A stretch of DNA of 64,000 bases from Candidatus Nomurabacteria bacterium. Its GTDB lineage: Bacteria; Patescibacteriota; Minisyncoccia; Phycocordibacterales; UBA9973. Shown here in pieces: positions 17,838 to 27,950 of this stretch. A program made the translations under genes and the position numbers. The notes beneath the pieces are model-generated. The model saw only the letters and a program-made list of their open reading frames with translations. It ran no database searches and had not been told where the DNA came from. The stretch is taken from the NCBI GenBank assembly GCA_021413905.1, contig JAIOPO010000001.1, positions 137,159 through 201,158 of the forward strand, given 5' to 3'. Within the stretch, counting starts at the first letter, position 1. The number at the start of each line of letters is the position of its first letter.

Positions 17838-18860
17838 ATGGAAAATAATGAAAATAACAAAAAAATAAGAGTTTTAACAGGAGACAGACCTACAGGCAAG
17901 CTTCATTTGGGGCATTTTGTGGGTTCTATTCAAAATAGATTGAAATTGCAAGATACAGCTGAAAAAGCTTTTTATATGGTAGCTGACGTACAGGCTTTGA
18001 CTGACAATGCAGAAAATCCTGAGAAAGTAAGAAACAATGTATTAGAAGTAGCATTGGATAATTTAGCTTGCGGTGTGGATCCTTCAAAAACAACTTTTTT
18101 TATTCAATCACAAATTCCTGAAATTGCAGAATTAACTATTTTCTTTTTAAATTTAGTCACGCTTGCAAGACTCAAAAGAAATCCAACTGTAAAATCAGAA
18201 ATGCAACAAAAAGGTTTTGGTGAAGATGTACCTGCCGGGTTTTTGATTTACCCAGTTTCTCAAGCTGCGGATATTCTTTTTGCAAAAGCAAATTTGATTC
18301 CTGTCGGTGAAGATCAAAAGCCGATGATAGAACAAACAAATGAAATAGTAGACAGTTTCAATCGTATTTACGGAGAAACTTTTTCTCATGTGTCGCATTT
18401 AGTCGGAGAAATACCGCGTTTGGTCGGCACAGATGGAAATGCAAAAATGTCTAAATCTTTAAATAACTGCATTAATCTTTCTGATTCTGATGAAATGATA
18501 AATAAAAAAGTAATGGATATGTATACAGATCCAAATCATATACACGTAGAAGATCCAGGAAAAGTAGAAGGCAATGTTGTATTTACTTACCTTGATATTT
18601 TTGATTCAAATAAAGAGGAAGTGGCTGACTTAAAAAAACAATATGAAAAAGGTGGCTTGGGAGATGTTGTAATTAAAAAAAGATTAGCTAAAATTTTATG
18701 TGATTTTATTTCTCCAATTCGTGAAAAAAGAGAACAGCTCGCCAAAGATCCACAAGCAGTTATGAAAATACTCGAAGAAGGAACACAAAAAGCTCGTATT
18801 GAAGCACAGAAAACAATATCTGAAGTTCGTAAAGCTATGAAAATAGATTTTTTTGACTAA
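17838..18860 (+). CDS. trpS: Tryptophanyl-tRNA synthetase
   Basis: 340 aa. LTGDRPTGKLHLGHFVG (HIGH) and KMSKS motifs. Extended -10 TGgTAATAT ends 9 nt upstream of the ATG. Confidence 0.95.
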   Translation: MENNENNKKIRVLTGDRPTGKLHLGHFVGSIQNRLKLQDTAEKAFYMVADVQALTDNAENPEKVRNNVLEVALDNLACGVDPSKTTFFIQSQIPEIAELTIFFLNLVTLARLKRNPTVKSEMQQKGFGEDVPAGFLIYPVSQAADILFAKANLIPVGEDQKPMIEQTNEIVDSFNRIYGETFSHVSHLVGEIPRLVGTDGNAKMSKSLNNCINLSDSDEMINKKVMDMYTDPNHIHVEDPGKVEGNVVFTYLDIFDSNKEEVADLKKQYEKGGLGDVVIKKRLAKILCDFISPIREKREQLAKDPQAVMKILEEGTQKARIEAQKTISEVRKAMKIDFFD

Positions 18861-20679
18861 CTCTATGAAAAATAATAGAAATAAAAAAAGCTTTATTACT
18901 CAAATAATGCATTTATATAAACCATTTCGTAAGTATATTTTTATTGTGGTTTTTGTGAATATACTTGGTCAATTGACCGGAACACTATCACCTTATTTAT
19001 TTGGAAAAAGTATCGACGCAGTGACTCATAAGAATATACACCTCACTTTTTATTTTTTAATGGGTGCTTTTCTGTTGTCTATTTTTCAGCTTATATTTTT
19101 ATCATGGTACAGAGAGAATCTTGAAATAAAAAAACTTGGCATCAATATAGAAAAATTTCTCTCAATATTTTCTGTAAATAGAATGCTGCAATTTTCTATT
19201 GGACAACATATAAATGAACATTCTGGTGTAAAACAATCCATAGTCAATAAAGGACAAAGTTCCTTGAATCAATTAATAGAAGCAACATTATATAATATGC
19301 TTCCTAGTATAATTCAGATATTGGTTACATTGATAATTCTTACTATTTTTGATTGGAGAATTGCTTTAACAGCCGTTATTTTTGTATTTATTTATATTTA
19401 TTTGACTGTTGAGAGAAATAAAAAATATTATCCTAGAATTGATGAAGTTAGAAAAAAACATCAAGCTCAGAGCAAAGTCCAATCTGAATTGTTTAGAAAT
19501 TCAACATTAATTATTTCTGAAGCCCAAGAACATCCTGTTGTTGAGAATTTTAATAATTTTTGGAACCAGGTGATTAATTCTGAAATTAAAACCTGGACTG
19601 ATTATTTGAAAAGTTTTTATCCTCAAAGATTATTTATTATAGTTGGTCAATATTCATGTCTTGGTTTGGGGATTTATTTTATTTTAACTGGTCAGCATTC
19701 TATTGGTATGATAGTTACATTAATATCTTGGATGAATTTTATTTTTGGTAATTTATTGAATATTATGAGTACTCAAAGGAGAATGTTGTTTCAAATTGTA
19801 GAAATCAAAAAATATTTTGATTTGTTGGAAATTGAACCAGATATTGATTCGAATCCAAATGGAAAAACAATAGAAAATTTGCAAGGCAAAATAGAATTTA
19901 AAAACGTTGATTTTGCTTATCCGTATCGCAAATCAAAAGAGCAGGAAGAAAATGAAGAAGTCATAGATAAAGAAAACAAAGAAGATCATACTGTGTCAGG
20001 GATAAATTTAGTTATTCCTGCTGGTGCCAAAGTTGGCTTTGTGGGAATGTCAGGCTCAGGCAAGACGACTATCGTGAATTTAATGAGAAGATATTATGAA
20101 ACAACAAATGGAGAAATTTTAATTGACGATGTTAATCTGAAAGATTTAAATTTGAAATGGTTTCGTTCGCATATCGGCAATGTCGAGCAGAAAATCGATT
20201 TATTCGATAGGAGTATTCGAGACAATATTCTGTTTGGGTTTTCGGAAAATCAAAAAAATATTGATGATGAAAAATTAAATAAAGCAGTGGAAGACGCTTC
20301 TTTAACTGATTTTATTTTGAAACTCAAAGATCATGGACTAGACACTGTGATAGGTGAAAGCGGGGTTAAAGTGTCAGGAGGAGAAAGACAAAGAATAGGT
20401 ATAGCGCGAGCTTTAATTAAAGATCCAAAAATTCTTATTTTCGATGAAGCTACAAGTGCGTTGGATTCATACAATGAAAAATTAATTCATGAAGCTATAA
20501 ATCGCGGAGCGAAAGGCAGAACAACCATAATCATAGCTCATAGATTGTCCACAATTATAGATGCAGACAAAGTTTTTGTCGTAGCGGACGGTAAAATAGT
20601 GGGAGAGGGGAAACATGAAGAATTGTCTAAAACATGTGAAGAATATAAAGAATTATTAAAACATCAAATTGTAAATTAA
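18853..20679 (+). CDS. ABC transporter, fused permease/ATP-binding exporter (MsbA/multidrug-like)
   Basis: 608 aa. Six predicted TM helices, then Walker A GMSGSGKTT, signature LSGGERQRIGIARAL and Walker B ILIFDEATSALD. Overlaps the trpS stop by 8 nt. Confidence 0.85.
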   Translation: MTNSMKNNRNKKSFITQIMHLYKPFRKYIFIVVFVNILGQLTGTLSPYLFGKSIDAVTHKNIHLTFYFLMGAFLLSIFQLIFLSWYRENLEIKKLGINIEKFLSIFSVNRMLQFSIGQHINEHSGVKQSIVNKGQSSLNQLIEATLYNMLPSIIQILVTLIILTIFDWRIALTAVIFVFIYIYLTVERNKKYYPRIDEVRKKHQAQSKVQSELFRNSTLIISEAQEHPVVENFNNFWNQVINSEIKTWTDYLKSFYPQRLFIIVGQYSCLGLGIYFILTGQHSIGMIVTLISWMNFIFGNLLNIMSTQRRMLFQIVEIKKYFDLLEIEPDIDSNPNGKTIENLQGKIEFKNVDFAYPYRKSKEQEENEEVIDKENKEDHTVSGINLVIPAGAKVGFVGMSGSGKTTIVNLMRRYYETTNGEILIDDVNLKDLNLKWFRSHIGNVEQKIDLFDRSIRDNILFGFSENQKNIDDEKLNKAVEDASLTDFILKLKDHGLDTVIGESGVKVSGGERQRIGIARALIKDPKILIFDEATSALDSYNEKLIHEAINRGAKGRTTIIIAHRLSTIIDADKVFVVADGKIVGEGKHEELSKTCEEYKELLKHQIVN

Positions 20680-20737
20680 TATGAAAAAAGAAACAATTTT
20701 GACTAACTAAGGTTTGATTGCTAGTATGTAAAAGTAA

Positions 20738-21766
20738 TTGTTGTTTGACTTAAACCATAAAACCATGGAAGGTAAAAATCCTTATTCGCTTAAACTTTTT
20801 TCTGCTGGTTCAGAAACAAAGCAAGATTTTGCAGAAGAAATCTCTATTTGGTTAAAAACTCCTTTAGAAAAAACGGAAGAAAAATTTTTTTCCAATGGAG
20901 AATTTTTATATCATCAAAAAGGTTCTGTGAGAGATTGCGATGTGTATGTTATTTTTCAACCTCGTTATGGTGATAAATATAAGCTCGCTTATGATATCGC
21001 TGAATCTGAAACAATTGTTTCCGCTTTAAAACAAGGTGAAGCACATAAAATAACCGTAGTTATTCCTTGTTTGCCTTACACAAGACAAGACAGGCCTTCA
21101 AATTATCGAGAACCTGTTTTGGTACAAATGTTACCAGCTAAATTGCAGAAATTAGGTGCCGACAGGATAGTAACTGCTCGTTTGCATAATGCGAGTAGTT
21201 ATAATGCATACCCAGGAAGTATTCCAATTACCAATATCAATGTTGATAATTTATTTATTCAATTTCTCGAAAAAAAAGAATTTGATTTGAATAAATTAAA
21301 ATTGGTTTCACCAGATCTTGGAGCGGCAAATTCTACGAGGAAAATTGCAGATGGTCTCGGTATTCCAGAACAACTTGTCGTTATGGATAAAGTCAGAGAC
21401 ACAAAATCTTCTAATAAATCAGAAGTGATGAATGTTATTGGAGAAGTTGAAGGATTTGATTGTATTATTCCTGACGATATCGCAGATACTTGTGGTACGG
21501 CTTTAAAAAGTGCGAGAGCTTTAAAAGAAAGAGGAGCGAGTCGTGTTTATTTTATGGCCGTGCATGGAGTACTTTCAGGCTCTGCTTTGCAAAATTTACA
21601 GAATGCAAACTTTGATGGTTTATGGTTGGGAGATACTTGTGACATATCTTTGGTTAAAAATTTCCAAAATTTTGAAGTTATTTCTACTTCAAAATTAGTT
21701 TCTAAAGTTATTGACAATCTCCATAACGGAGAGTCTGTTAATGATTTGTATAAAAATGGACATTAG
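20738..21766 (+). CDS. prs: Ribose-phosphate pyrophosphokinase (PRPP synthetase) family protein
   Basis: KLFSAGS...FSNGE, VVIPCLPYTRQDR, DDIADTCGT (PRPP-binding loop variant). An alternative start at Met10 (20765) is possible. Confidence 0.78.
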   Translation: MLFDLNHKTMEGKNPYSLKLFSAGSETKQDFAEEISIWLKTPLEKTEEKFFSNGEFLYHQKGSVRDCDVYVIFQPRYGDKYKLAYDIAESETIVSALKQGEAHKITVVIPCLPYTRQDRPSNYREPVLVQMLPAKLQKLGADRIVTARLHNASSYNAYPGSIPITNINVDNLFIQFLEKKEFDLNKLKLVSPDLGAANSTRKIADGLGIPEQLVVMDKVRDTKSSNKSEVMNVIGEVEGFDCIIPDDIADTCGTALKSARALKERGASRVYFMAVHGVLSGSALQNLQNANFDGLWLGDTCDISLVKNFQNFEVISTSKLVSKVIDNLHNGESVNDLYKNGH

Positions 21767-21773
21767 AGTAAAA

Positions 21774-21798
21774 GGAGAACTTCGGTTCTCCTTTTTTT
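21774..21798 (+). terminator. Intrinsic terminator after prs
   Basis: ggagaac-ttcg-gttctcc perfect 7-bp stem with T7 run. Confidence 0.8.
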
Positions 21799-21826
21799 AT
21801 TTTTTTAAAAATGTTAGAATATTGGA

Positions 21827-23212
21827 ATGAAAAATAGAGTATATATAAAGGATTTAAATCAAAATATAGGGCAGGAAATTATCATCGCTGGATGGGTAAA
21901 TGTCAGAAGAGATCAAGGTAAAATGGTTTTTATGGATATGCGTGATATGACAGGTATCGTGCAATGTGTAGTTTTGCCGAATAGCGAAGCTATAAATATT
22001 GCAAAAGAATTTCGTTCCGAATGGGTTTTAAAAATAAAAGGAAAAGTAAATGCTCGCCCTGAAAAAAATATTAAACAAGGTGTTTTAAACGGCGACATTG
22101 AACTCGAAGTTTTGAGTATTGAAGTATTGAATAAAGCTGAAACTACTCCTTTTTTAATTAGTGAAAGTACCTCAAATGTAAACGAAGATGTAAGAATGAA
22201 ATATAAATATCTTGATCTACGTACAGAAAGAATGCAAAACAACTTAAGAATGAGAGACAAGGTAGTAACTTTTTTCCGTGATTATATGCATGAAAATGAT
22301 TTCTTAGATATTGAAACACCGATAATGACTAAGGGTACACCAGAAGGCAGTCGTGAATATTTGGTTCCTTCTCGTATGGAGCTTGGGAATTTTTATGTAC
22401 TTCCGCAATCACCTCAACAATTTAAACAACTTGCTATGGTTGCTGGTTTTGAAAAATATTTTCAAATAGCAAAATGTATGCGCGATGAAGATACAAGAGG
22501 CGATAGACAACCGGAATTTACTCAACTTGATTATGAAATGTCTTTTATCACACAAGAAGAAATTATTTCTTATACTGAAGATATGTTTATAAAAATGGTA
22601 CAGAAAGTTTATCCAGATAAAAAAATTCAAGAGATTCCTTTTCCAAGAATTACTTATAAAGAATCAATGGAAAAATATGGTAATGATAAGCCTGATTTAC
22701 GAAATGACAAAAATGATTTGAATTTATTAGCATTTTGTTGGGTAGTTGATTTTCCAATGTTTGAAAAAGATTCTGAAGGTGGATTGCAAGCTGTGCATCA
22801 CCCATTTACTTCTCCAAAAGATGAAGATGCACATTTGCTCAACACAGATCCATTGTCTGCTCGAGCGAACGCCTACGATTTAGTATTAAATGGATTCGAG
22901 CTCGGCGGAGGTTCTATTAGAATTCATCAAAGAGAATTACAAAATAAAATTTTTGAATTATTGGGTTTGACTAAAGAGTTAATTGAAGCGCGTTTTGGTC
23001 ATATGTTGACAGCTTTTGAATATGGAGCTCCACCTCATGGTGGTTGTGCGCATGGTATTGATCGTGTTGTGATGATTTTACAAAATGAACCCAATATTCG
23101 TGAAGTGATTGCATTTCCAAAAACAGGTGAGGGTAAAGACTTGATGATGGGAGCACCGTCAGAAGCATCAGAAAAACAGTTAAAGGAATTAGGAATTAAA
23201 TTTTCTAAATAA
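21827..23212 (+). CDS. aspS: Aspartyl-tRNA synthetase, compact (archaeal/eukaryal-like, no GAD insertion)
   Basis: 461 aa. N-terminal OB anticodon-binding domain. Class II motifs [35 protein letters not shown]. The GIDR ending favours AspRS over AsnRS. Confidence 0.85.
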   Translation: MKNRVYIKDLNQNIGQEIIIAGWVNVRRDQGKMVFMDMRDMTGIVQCVVLPNSEAINIAKEFRSEWVLKIKGKVNARPEKNIKQGVLNGDIELEVLSIEVLNKAETTPFLISESTSNVNEDVRMKYKYLDLRTERMQNNLRMRDKVVTFFRDYMHENDFLDIETPIMTKGTPEGSREYLVPSRMELGNFYVLPQSPQQFKQLAMVAGFEKYFQIAKCMRDEDTRGDRQPEFTQLDYEMSFITQEEIISYTEDMFIKMVQKVYPDKKIQEIPFPRITYKESMEKYGNDKPDLRNDKNDLNLLAFCWVVDFPMFEKDSEGGLQAVHHPFTSPKDEDAHLLNTDPLSARANAYDLVLNGFELGGGSIRIHQRELQNKIFELLGLTKELIEARFGHMLTAFEYGAPPHGGCAHGIDRVVMILQNEPNIREVIAFPKTGEGKDLMMGAPSEASEKQLKELGIKFSK

Positions 23213-23218
23213 ATTTAT

Positions 23219-23830
23219 ATGCTCGAAACAAAAGAAATTATAAATCAATTAGGCTCGTTGTCTTATTTTGGAATATTTATCGTTTCTATTCTTTCAAATG
23301 TAATAATTCCAATACCCGAAGAAGGTGTCCTTTTAGTTTTGGGATTTTTATCAGGAACTCCGGCCGTAAATGGATTTATTATGGTACCTGTAGTTTTTTT
23401 AGGTCTTTTGATTAGTGATATTATTATGTATTCTCTAGCTAGACATGGCTCAAAAATAGTTAATTTTTTATACAAAAAAGTTTTCGCTTCACGTTTGGAA
23501 GATAAAAAAGAATGGATAGAAACAAATATAAATAAAGTTGTATTTTTCTCAAGATTTTTAGTGCAATTGCGTTTCCTCGGACCATTTTTTGCCGGACATA
23601 ATAAAATGCCATTTCGTAAATTTTTAGTTTATGATGCTTTAGCTCTCGCAATCTATGTACCTCTTTATGTTTTTCTGGGTTGGTATTTTCATAATAGAGT
23701 AGAGTTGATAGTTGACGGTATTGGTAAAATTAGAAATATAATTATCCTCGCAGTTGTTTTTATTTTAATAATTACATTTTTAAAATTTAGTTATAATTTT
23801 TTTATAAAGAAAATATTGAATACCAGATAA
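23219..23830 (+). CDS. DedA/TVP38-family membrane protein
   Basis: 203 aa. Multiple TM helices with the DedA core (FLVQLRFLGPFFAGHNKMPFRKFLVYDALALAIY). Confidence 0.75.
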   Translation: MLETKEIINQLGSLSYFGIFIVSILSNVIIPIPEEGVLLVLGFLSGTPAVNGFIMVPVVFLGLLISDIIMYSLARHGSKIVNFLYKKVFASRLEDKKEWIETNINKVVFFSRFLVQLRFLGPFFAGHNKMPFRKFLVYDALALAIYVPLYVFLGWYFHNRVELIVDGIGKIRNIIILAVVFILIITFLKFSYNFFIKKILNTR

Positions 23831-23831
23831 T

Positions 23832-24170
23832 ATGACTTTATTAAATAAAAAATGCATACCGTGTGAAAAGAATAAAGGCATTAAACCTTTTGATAAACAA
23901 AAAGCGGAAGAATATTTATTTGAAATTTATAATTGGGTTTTGGGTAAAAATGCAAAAACTATTTCCAAAGAATTTAAATTTAAGGATTTTATCGGAGCGA
24001 TAAATTTTATAAATAATGTCGCGGATATTGCTGAAATGGAAGGACATCATCCAGATATTCATATAAATTACAATAAGGTGTTGCTTGAATTGACCACACA
24101 TTCTATAGGCGGACTTTCCGAAAATGATTTTATCGTCGCTGCCAAAATCGACGGACAATGTGTTTTTTAA
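23832..24170 (+). CDS. Pterin-4a-carbinolamine dehydratase (PCD/DCoH)
   Basis: 112 aa. EMEGHHPDIHINYNKVLLELTTHSIGGLSENDF matches the [EDKH]-x(3)-H-H-P motif and fold signature. Confidence 0.8.
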   Translation: MTLLNKKCIPCEKNKGIKPFDKQKAEEYLFEIYNWVLGKNAKTISKEFKFKDFIGAINFINNVADIAEMEGHHPDIHINYNKVLLELTTHSIGGLSENDFIVAAKIDGQCVF

Positions 24171-24183
24171 AAAATGAAAAATA

Positions 24184-24224
24184 AAAAGTGTCAATTCCTT
24201 AATTGGAATTGACACTTTGTTTTA
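24184..24224. terminator. Perfect palindromic bidirectional terminator between convergent genes
   Basis: gtgtcaattcc-ttaatt-ggaattgacac (11-bp perfect stem) flanked by an upstream A-run and downstream tttgtttt. Confidence 0.7.
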
Positions 24225-24241
24225 GAATGGTGGTTGCCTGG

Positions 24242-24607
24242 TTATTTTCTCATCGCAATAGCCCACTCTTTACAATCAGCGTGAGTCAATGGATAGGTAA
24301 CTTTAACCCACCATTCTTTGTCAGCGACAAGGGATTTTACTATGTCTGGCCGGCCGTCATTATTTGAGTCAATAATCCATCTTATGCAGGTGGAATTATT
24401 GAGTCGGTGGGACTTTACTTCTACTGAATTATCTCCAGTTAGAACAACATACCCATTTTGTAATGAGTGAGGGGGGAAAAAATAATGACACGCAAAAAAT
24501 ACAGTCAGTGGGCCAATGATTAATATCACTGGAAAAGTAAAGATTTTAATTTTTACTTTTGTCGAAGCCCTGGAAATCACAGGGTTGAAGTTTTTTAAAT
24601 TTGGCAT
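24242..24607 (-). CDS. Hypothetical membrane-anchored protein (121 aa)
   Basis: ORF with one predicted TM helix (FTFPVILIIGPLTVFFACHYFF) and a Trp/Cys-containing C-terminal domain. No homology recognised. Confidence 0.45.
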   Translation of the reverse strand: MPNLKNFNPVISRASTKVKIKIFTFPVILIIGPLTVFFACHYFFPPHSLQNGYVVLTGDNSVEVKSHRLNNSTCIRWIIDSNNDGRPDIVKSLVADKEWWVKVTYPLTHADCKEWAIAMRK

Positions 24608-24801
24608 GGTTTTTAGGGTTTAGAGGAATATTCCATTTTTGTGAAATACTTTTCAAAACCCTAAATACAACCATTTTTTAAAGAACAAAAACTACTATTA
24701 AAGTATAGCACTTTAGTGTAAAAAAGTCAAGTAAATTACAAATAAAGCTTATAAACAAAGAATATATTAGTGACTTTCTTTTCAACTCTTTTTTTGTTAA
24801 A

Positions 24802-27369
24802 GTGGATTATATGAAAAATAAAAAATCTGTCAGATTGGCGGGGCATATACAGCCTTTGCATTATGAAATAACACTTAGACCGGATTTGGAAATGCATGTT
24901 TTTTCCGGTGAAGAAATTATAACCATAAATTCAGATAAAGATGTAAATGAAATAACTTTACATTCTAAAGATTTGGATATTACAAAAGCAGAAATCCTCT
25001 CTAATTCTATATTTGTAAAAAAAATAACTTACGACAAAAAAAGAGAAACCGCTACTTTTATTTTTTCAAAAAAAATTCCAAAAGGAAAAGTAAAATTGAA
25101 AATAGTTTTTTGCGGTATTTTGGCAGACAATATGCGTGGATTTTACAAGAGTAAATATGTGGTGGATGGCAAAGAACATTTTATGGCAACGACACAATTC
25201 GAAGCCACAGACGCACGCAAATGTATTCCATGTTTTGACGAACCGGCACATAAAGCCATATTTAAAGTTCATTTAGTTATTCCAAATGGCAAAACCGCAA
25301 TTTCAAATACTTTGCCTGAGACAATAAAAGAACACGACGCCGGATATAAAATAGTTTCTTTTGCGGATACTCCTAAAATGTCCACTTATCTCTTGGCTTT
25401 TATTGTAGGAGATTTTGAATGGGTGGAACAAAAAACAAAAAAGGGTGTATTGGTGCGAGTTATCACTACTCCGGGCAAAAAACACCAAGCAAGTTTTGCA
25501 TTGGATGTTACAGTGCGTTGTTTGGAATTTTATGAAAAATATTTTGATATACCGTATCCGTTAAATACTTTGGATATGTTGGCTATTCCGGATTTTGCTT
25601 CAGGAGCAATGGAAAATTGGGGAGCGATAACTTTCCGGGAAATATGTTTATTGGTTGATGAAAAACACACTTCTACTGCGACAAAAGAATATGTGGCTAT
25701 CGTGATAGCCCATGAATTAGCGCATCAATGGTTTGGAAATCTTGTTACGATGGAATGGTGGACACATTTGTGGCTCAATGAAGGTTTTGCTTCATATATA
25801 CCGTATCTTGCAATCAATGAACTTTTTCCATCATGGAATATTTGGGACAAATTCGCGACAGATGATTTGATGACAGCATTTAAACTCGATGCTTTAAATA
25901 ATACTCATCCAATAGAAGTAGAAGTGCATAATCCGGATGAAATAGGAGAGATTTTTGACGCTGTTTCATATAGTAAAGGAGCCGTAGTCATAAGAATGCT
26001 CGCGGATTATTTGGGCGAGAAAAATTTTCGTGAAGGTTTAAAATATTATTTAAAAAAGCACAGCTATAAAAACGCTTCGACTATACATCTCTGGGAAGCG
26101 TTTGAAAAAGTTTCAAAAAAGCCCGTAAAAAAAATGATGGCTATTTGGACAGGGAAGTCCGGCTATCCTGTTATTTCAATTAAACAAAAAAACAATAAAT
26201 TTGAAATCTCACAAGAGAGATATTTTTCAAATGAAGGCAGTAAAAAGAAAAATAAAGATAAAACAATCTGGCCTATTCCTCTTTCTGTGGTTTCTGACAA
26301 AGGTGTTGAAAATTTATCTTTAATGAATAAGAAAAAGATAACTTTTGAAAAAGTAAAAGGCAATTGGTTTAAGTTTAATGCAAATGAAAGCGGTTTGTAT
26401 AGAACAAATTATGAGACAAAAATGTTGGCAAATTTGGCAGAAAAAATAAAACAAAAAAAATTGACAGCAGTCGATCGTCTTGGAATTATTCGCGATTTGT
26501 TTGCTTTATCAGAAGCCGGAATAGTGCCGACAAATCAAGCCTTGGAAACATGTTTATTGTATAAAAATGAAAATGAACTTATCGTATGGACAGAAATAAT
26601 ATCCGGGCTTCGTTATTTGATGAATCTTTTGTCTGGAACAAAAAGTGAAAAAAACTTTAAAAAATATGCCAGCGAATTGTTGTCAGAAATCGCAAAGTCT
26701 GTGGGTTTTGAAAAGAAAAAAGATGAGACGCATAATGCTTCACTTTTGCGTCCACTTGTGTTGGGTGCCAGTTCTTATTTCGGCAATACAGATGTTATTA
26801 ATGAAATAATAAAAATATTTAATAATAGAAATATTGCACCCATACACGCGGATATTCGCGGTATTGTGTATGGCACTGTCGTGCGTGAAGGCGGAGAAAA
26901 AGAATATCAAACTGTTTTAGATATGTATAAAAAAGAAAATTTGCATGAAGAAAAAAACAGATTACTCGGAGCATTGTGCGCAACACGCGACAAAAAACTA
27001 TTAAAACAAACCTTGGAATTTATAATGTCAAACAATGTTCGCATGCAAGACCGAAATAGTGCTTTTGTTGGTGTCTTGGTAAATCCATATGGTAAAAGCC
27101 TAGGTTGGAATTTTATAAAAAATAATTGGAAAAAAATAGGTGAAGCATATGGTGACGGCAATCATTTGCTTGCGAGATTGATTTCCGGATTAAATAGAAA
27201 CACTACTCGTGAATCTTATGATGATATTAAAAAATTCTTTAAAACTCACAAAGCTCCGTCCGCTGAACGCACAATCCTGCAAACCCTCGAACATATTGAT
27301 TCTAATATCAGATGGCTCAAACGCGACTCTTCAAAAATCGAGCAGTATCTAAAAAACATTGCAAAATAA
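24802..27369 (+). CDS. pepN: Aminopeptidase N (M1 family zinc metallopeptidase)
   Basis: 855 aa. GAMENWG exopeptidase motif and HELAHQWFGNLVTMEWWTHLWLNEGFA (HEXXH-x18-E). Confidence 0.9.
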   Translation: MDYMKNKKSVRLAGHIQPLHYEITLRPDLEMHVFSGEEIITINSDKDVNEITLHSKDLDITKAEILSNSIFVKKITYDKKRETATFIFSKKIPKGKVKLKIVFCGILADNMRGFYKSKYVVDGKEHFMATTQFEATDARKCIPCFDEPAHKAIFKVHLVIPNGKTAISNTLPETIKEHDAGYKIVSFADTPKMSTYLLAFIVGDFEWVEQKTKKGVLVRVITTPGKKHQASFALDVTVRCLEFYEKYFDIPYPLNTLDMLAIPDFASGAMENWGAITFREICLLVDEKHTSTATKEYVAIVIAHELAHQWFGNLVTMEWWTHLWLNEGFASYIPYLAINELFPSWNIWDKFATDDLMTAFKLDALNNTHPIEVEVHNPDEIGEIFDAVSYSKGAVVIRMLADYLGEKNFREGLKYYLKKHSYKNASTIHLWEAFEKVSKKPVKKMMAIWTGKSGYPVISIKQKNNKFEISQERYFSNEGSKKKNKDKTIWPIPLSVVSDKGVENLSLMNKKKITFEKVKGNWFKFNANESGLYRTNYETKMLANLAEKIKQKKLTAVDRLGIIRDLFALSEAGIVPTNQALETCLLYKNENELIVWTEIISGLRYLMNLLSGTKSEKNFKKYASELLSEIAKSVGFEKKKDETHNASLLRPLVLGASSYFGNTDVINEIIKIFNNRNIAPIHADIRGIVYGTVVREGGEKEYQTVLDMYKKENLHEEKNRLLGALCATRDKKLLKQTLEFIMSNNVRMQDRNSAFVGVLVNPYGKSLGWNFIKNNWKKIGEAYGDGNHLLARLISGLNRNTTRESYDDIKKFFKTHKAPSAERTILQTLEHIDSNIRWLKRDSSKIEQYLKNIAK

Positions 27370-27461
27370 TGGTTCTCTGGATTCTCCGCAAAAATCGCTT
27401 GACAAATGGTATATAAAGATGCTATATTTAATTAAATTAATGTTCATTTAATAATAAAACT

Positions 27462-27671
27462 ATGTGGAAAATTTCCATATTGTCTTTGTTAATTTGTATG
27501 TTACTGATAGTAAGTTATTACTTAGGAGGAATTAAGCCAGAGGCTTATGATATTTTCAAAGTAATACTGTACACGTTTGGAGGTATTTTTTTACTTTCAA
27601 CTGGCTACTTTATTTATGAACTAAACAAAGGCAAAAAAAAAGTCCAAACAAAGTTAGGTGAAGTACAGTAA
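27462..27671 (+). CDS. Small hypothetical membrane protein (69 aa)
   Basis: Two hydrophobic helices. TTGACA-like -35 and TATATT -10 upstream (27399-27427). Confidence 0.35.
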   Translation: MWKISILSLLICMLLIVSYYLGGIKPEAYDIFKVILYTFGGIFLLSTGYFIYELNKGKKKVQTKLGEVQ

Positions 27672-27950
27672 CCTAGCCCCTGGCTAACCCTTAATATGTT
27701 TAGGGATTCAGTTTTAAAATCTATTGAGTATAGATAATTTCGTTTGTATAGCTTCCCCAGCGTCGCTAGAGAAATTATTTTGAAAAATAGAGGAGTTTCT
27801 GAATACTTGTTTATCAAGTAAATCAAAAAACTGGTGTATTAAAAAATATTTTAGGTAAACGATTTTGTTTGCCTACATTATTCAGATCGCAAAATAATTT
27901 GTTATCTGAAAGTGTAAAATTGTTCATTCACAAATTTAAATACCAAGGAA

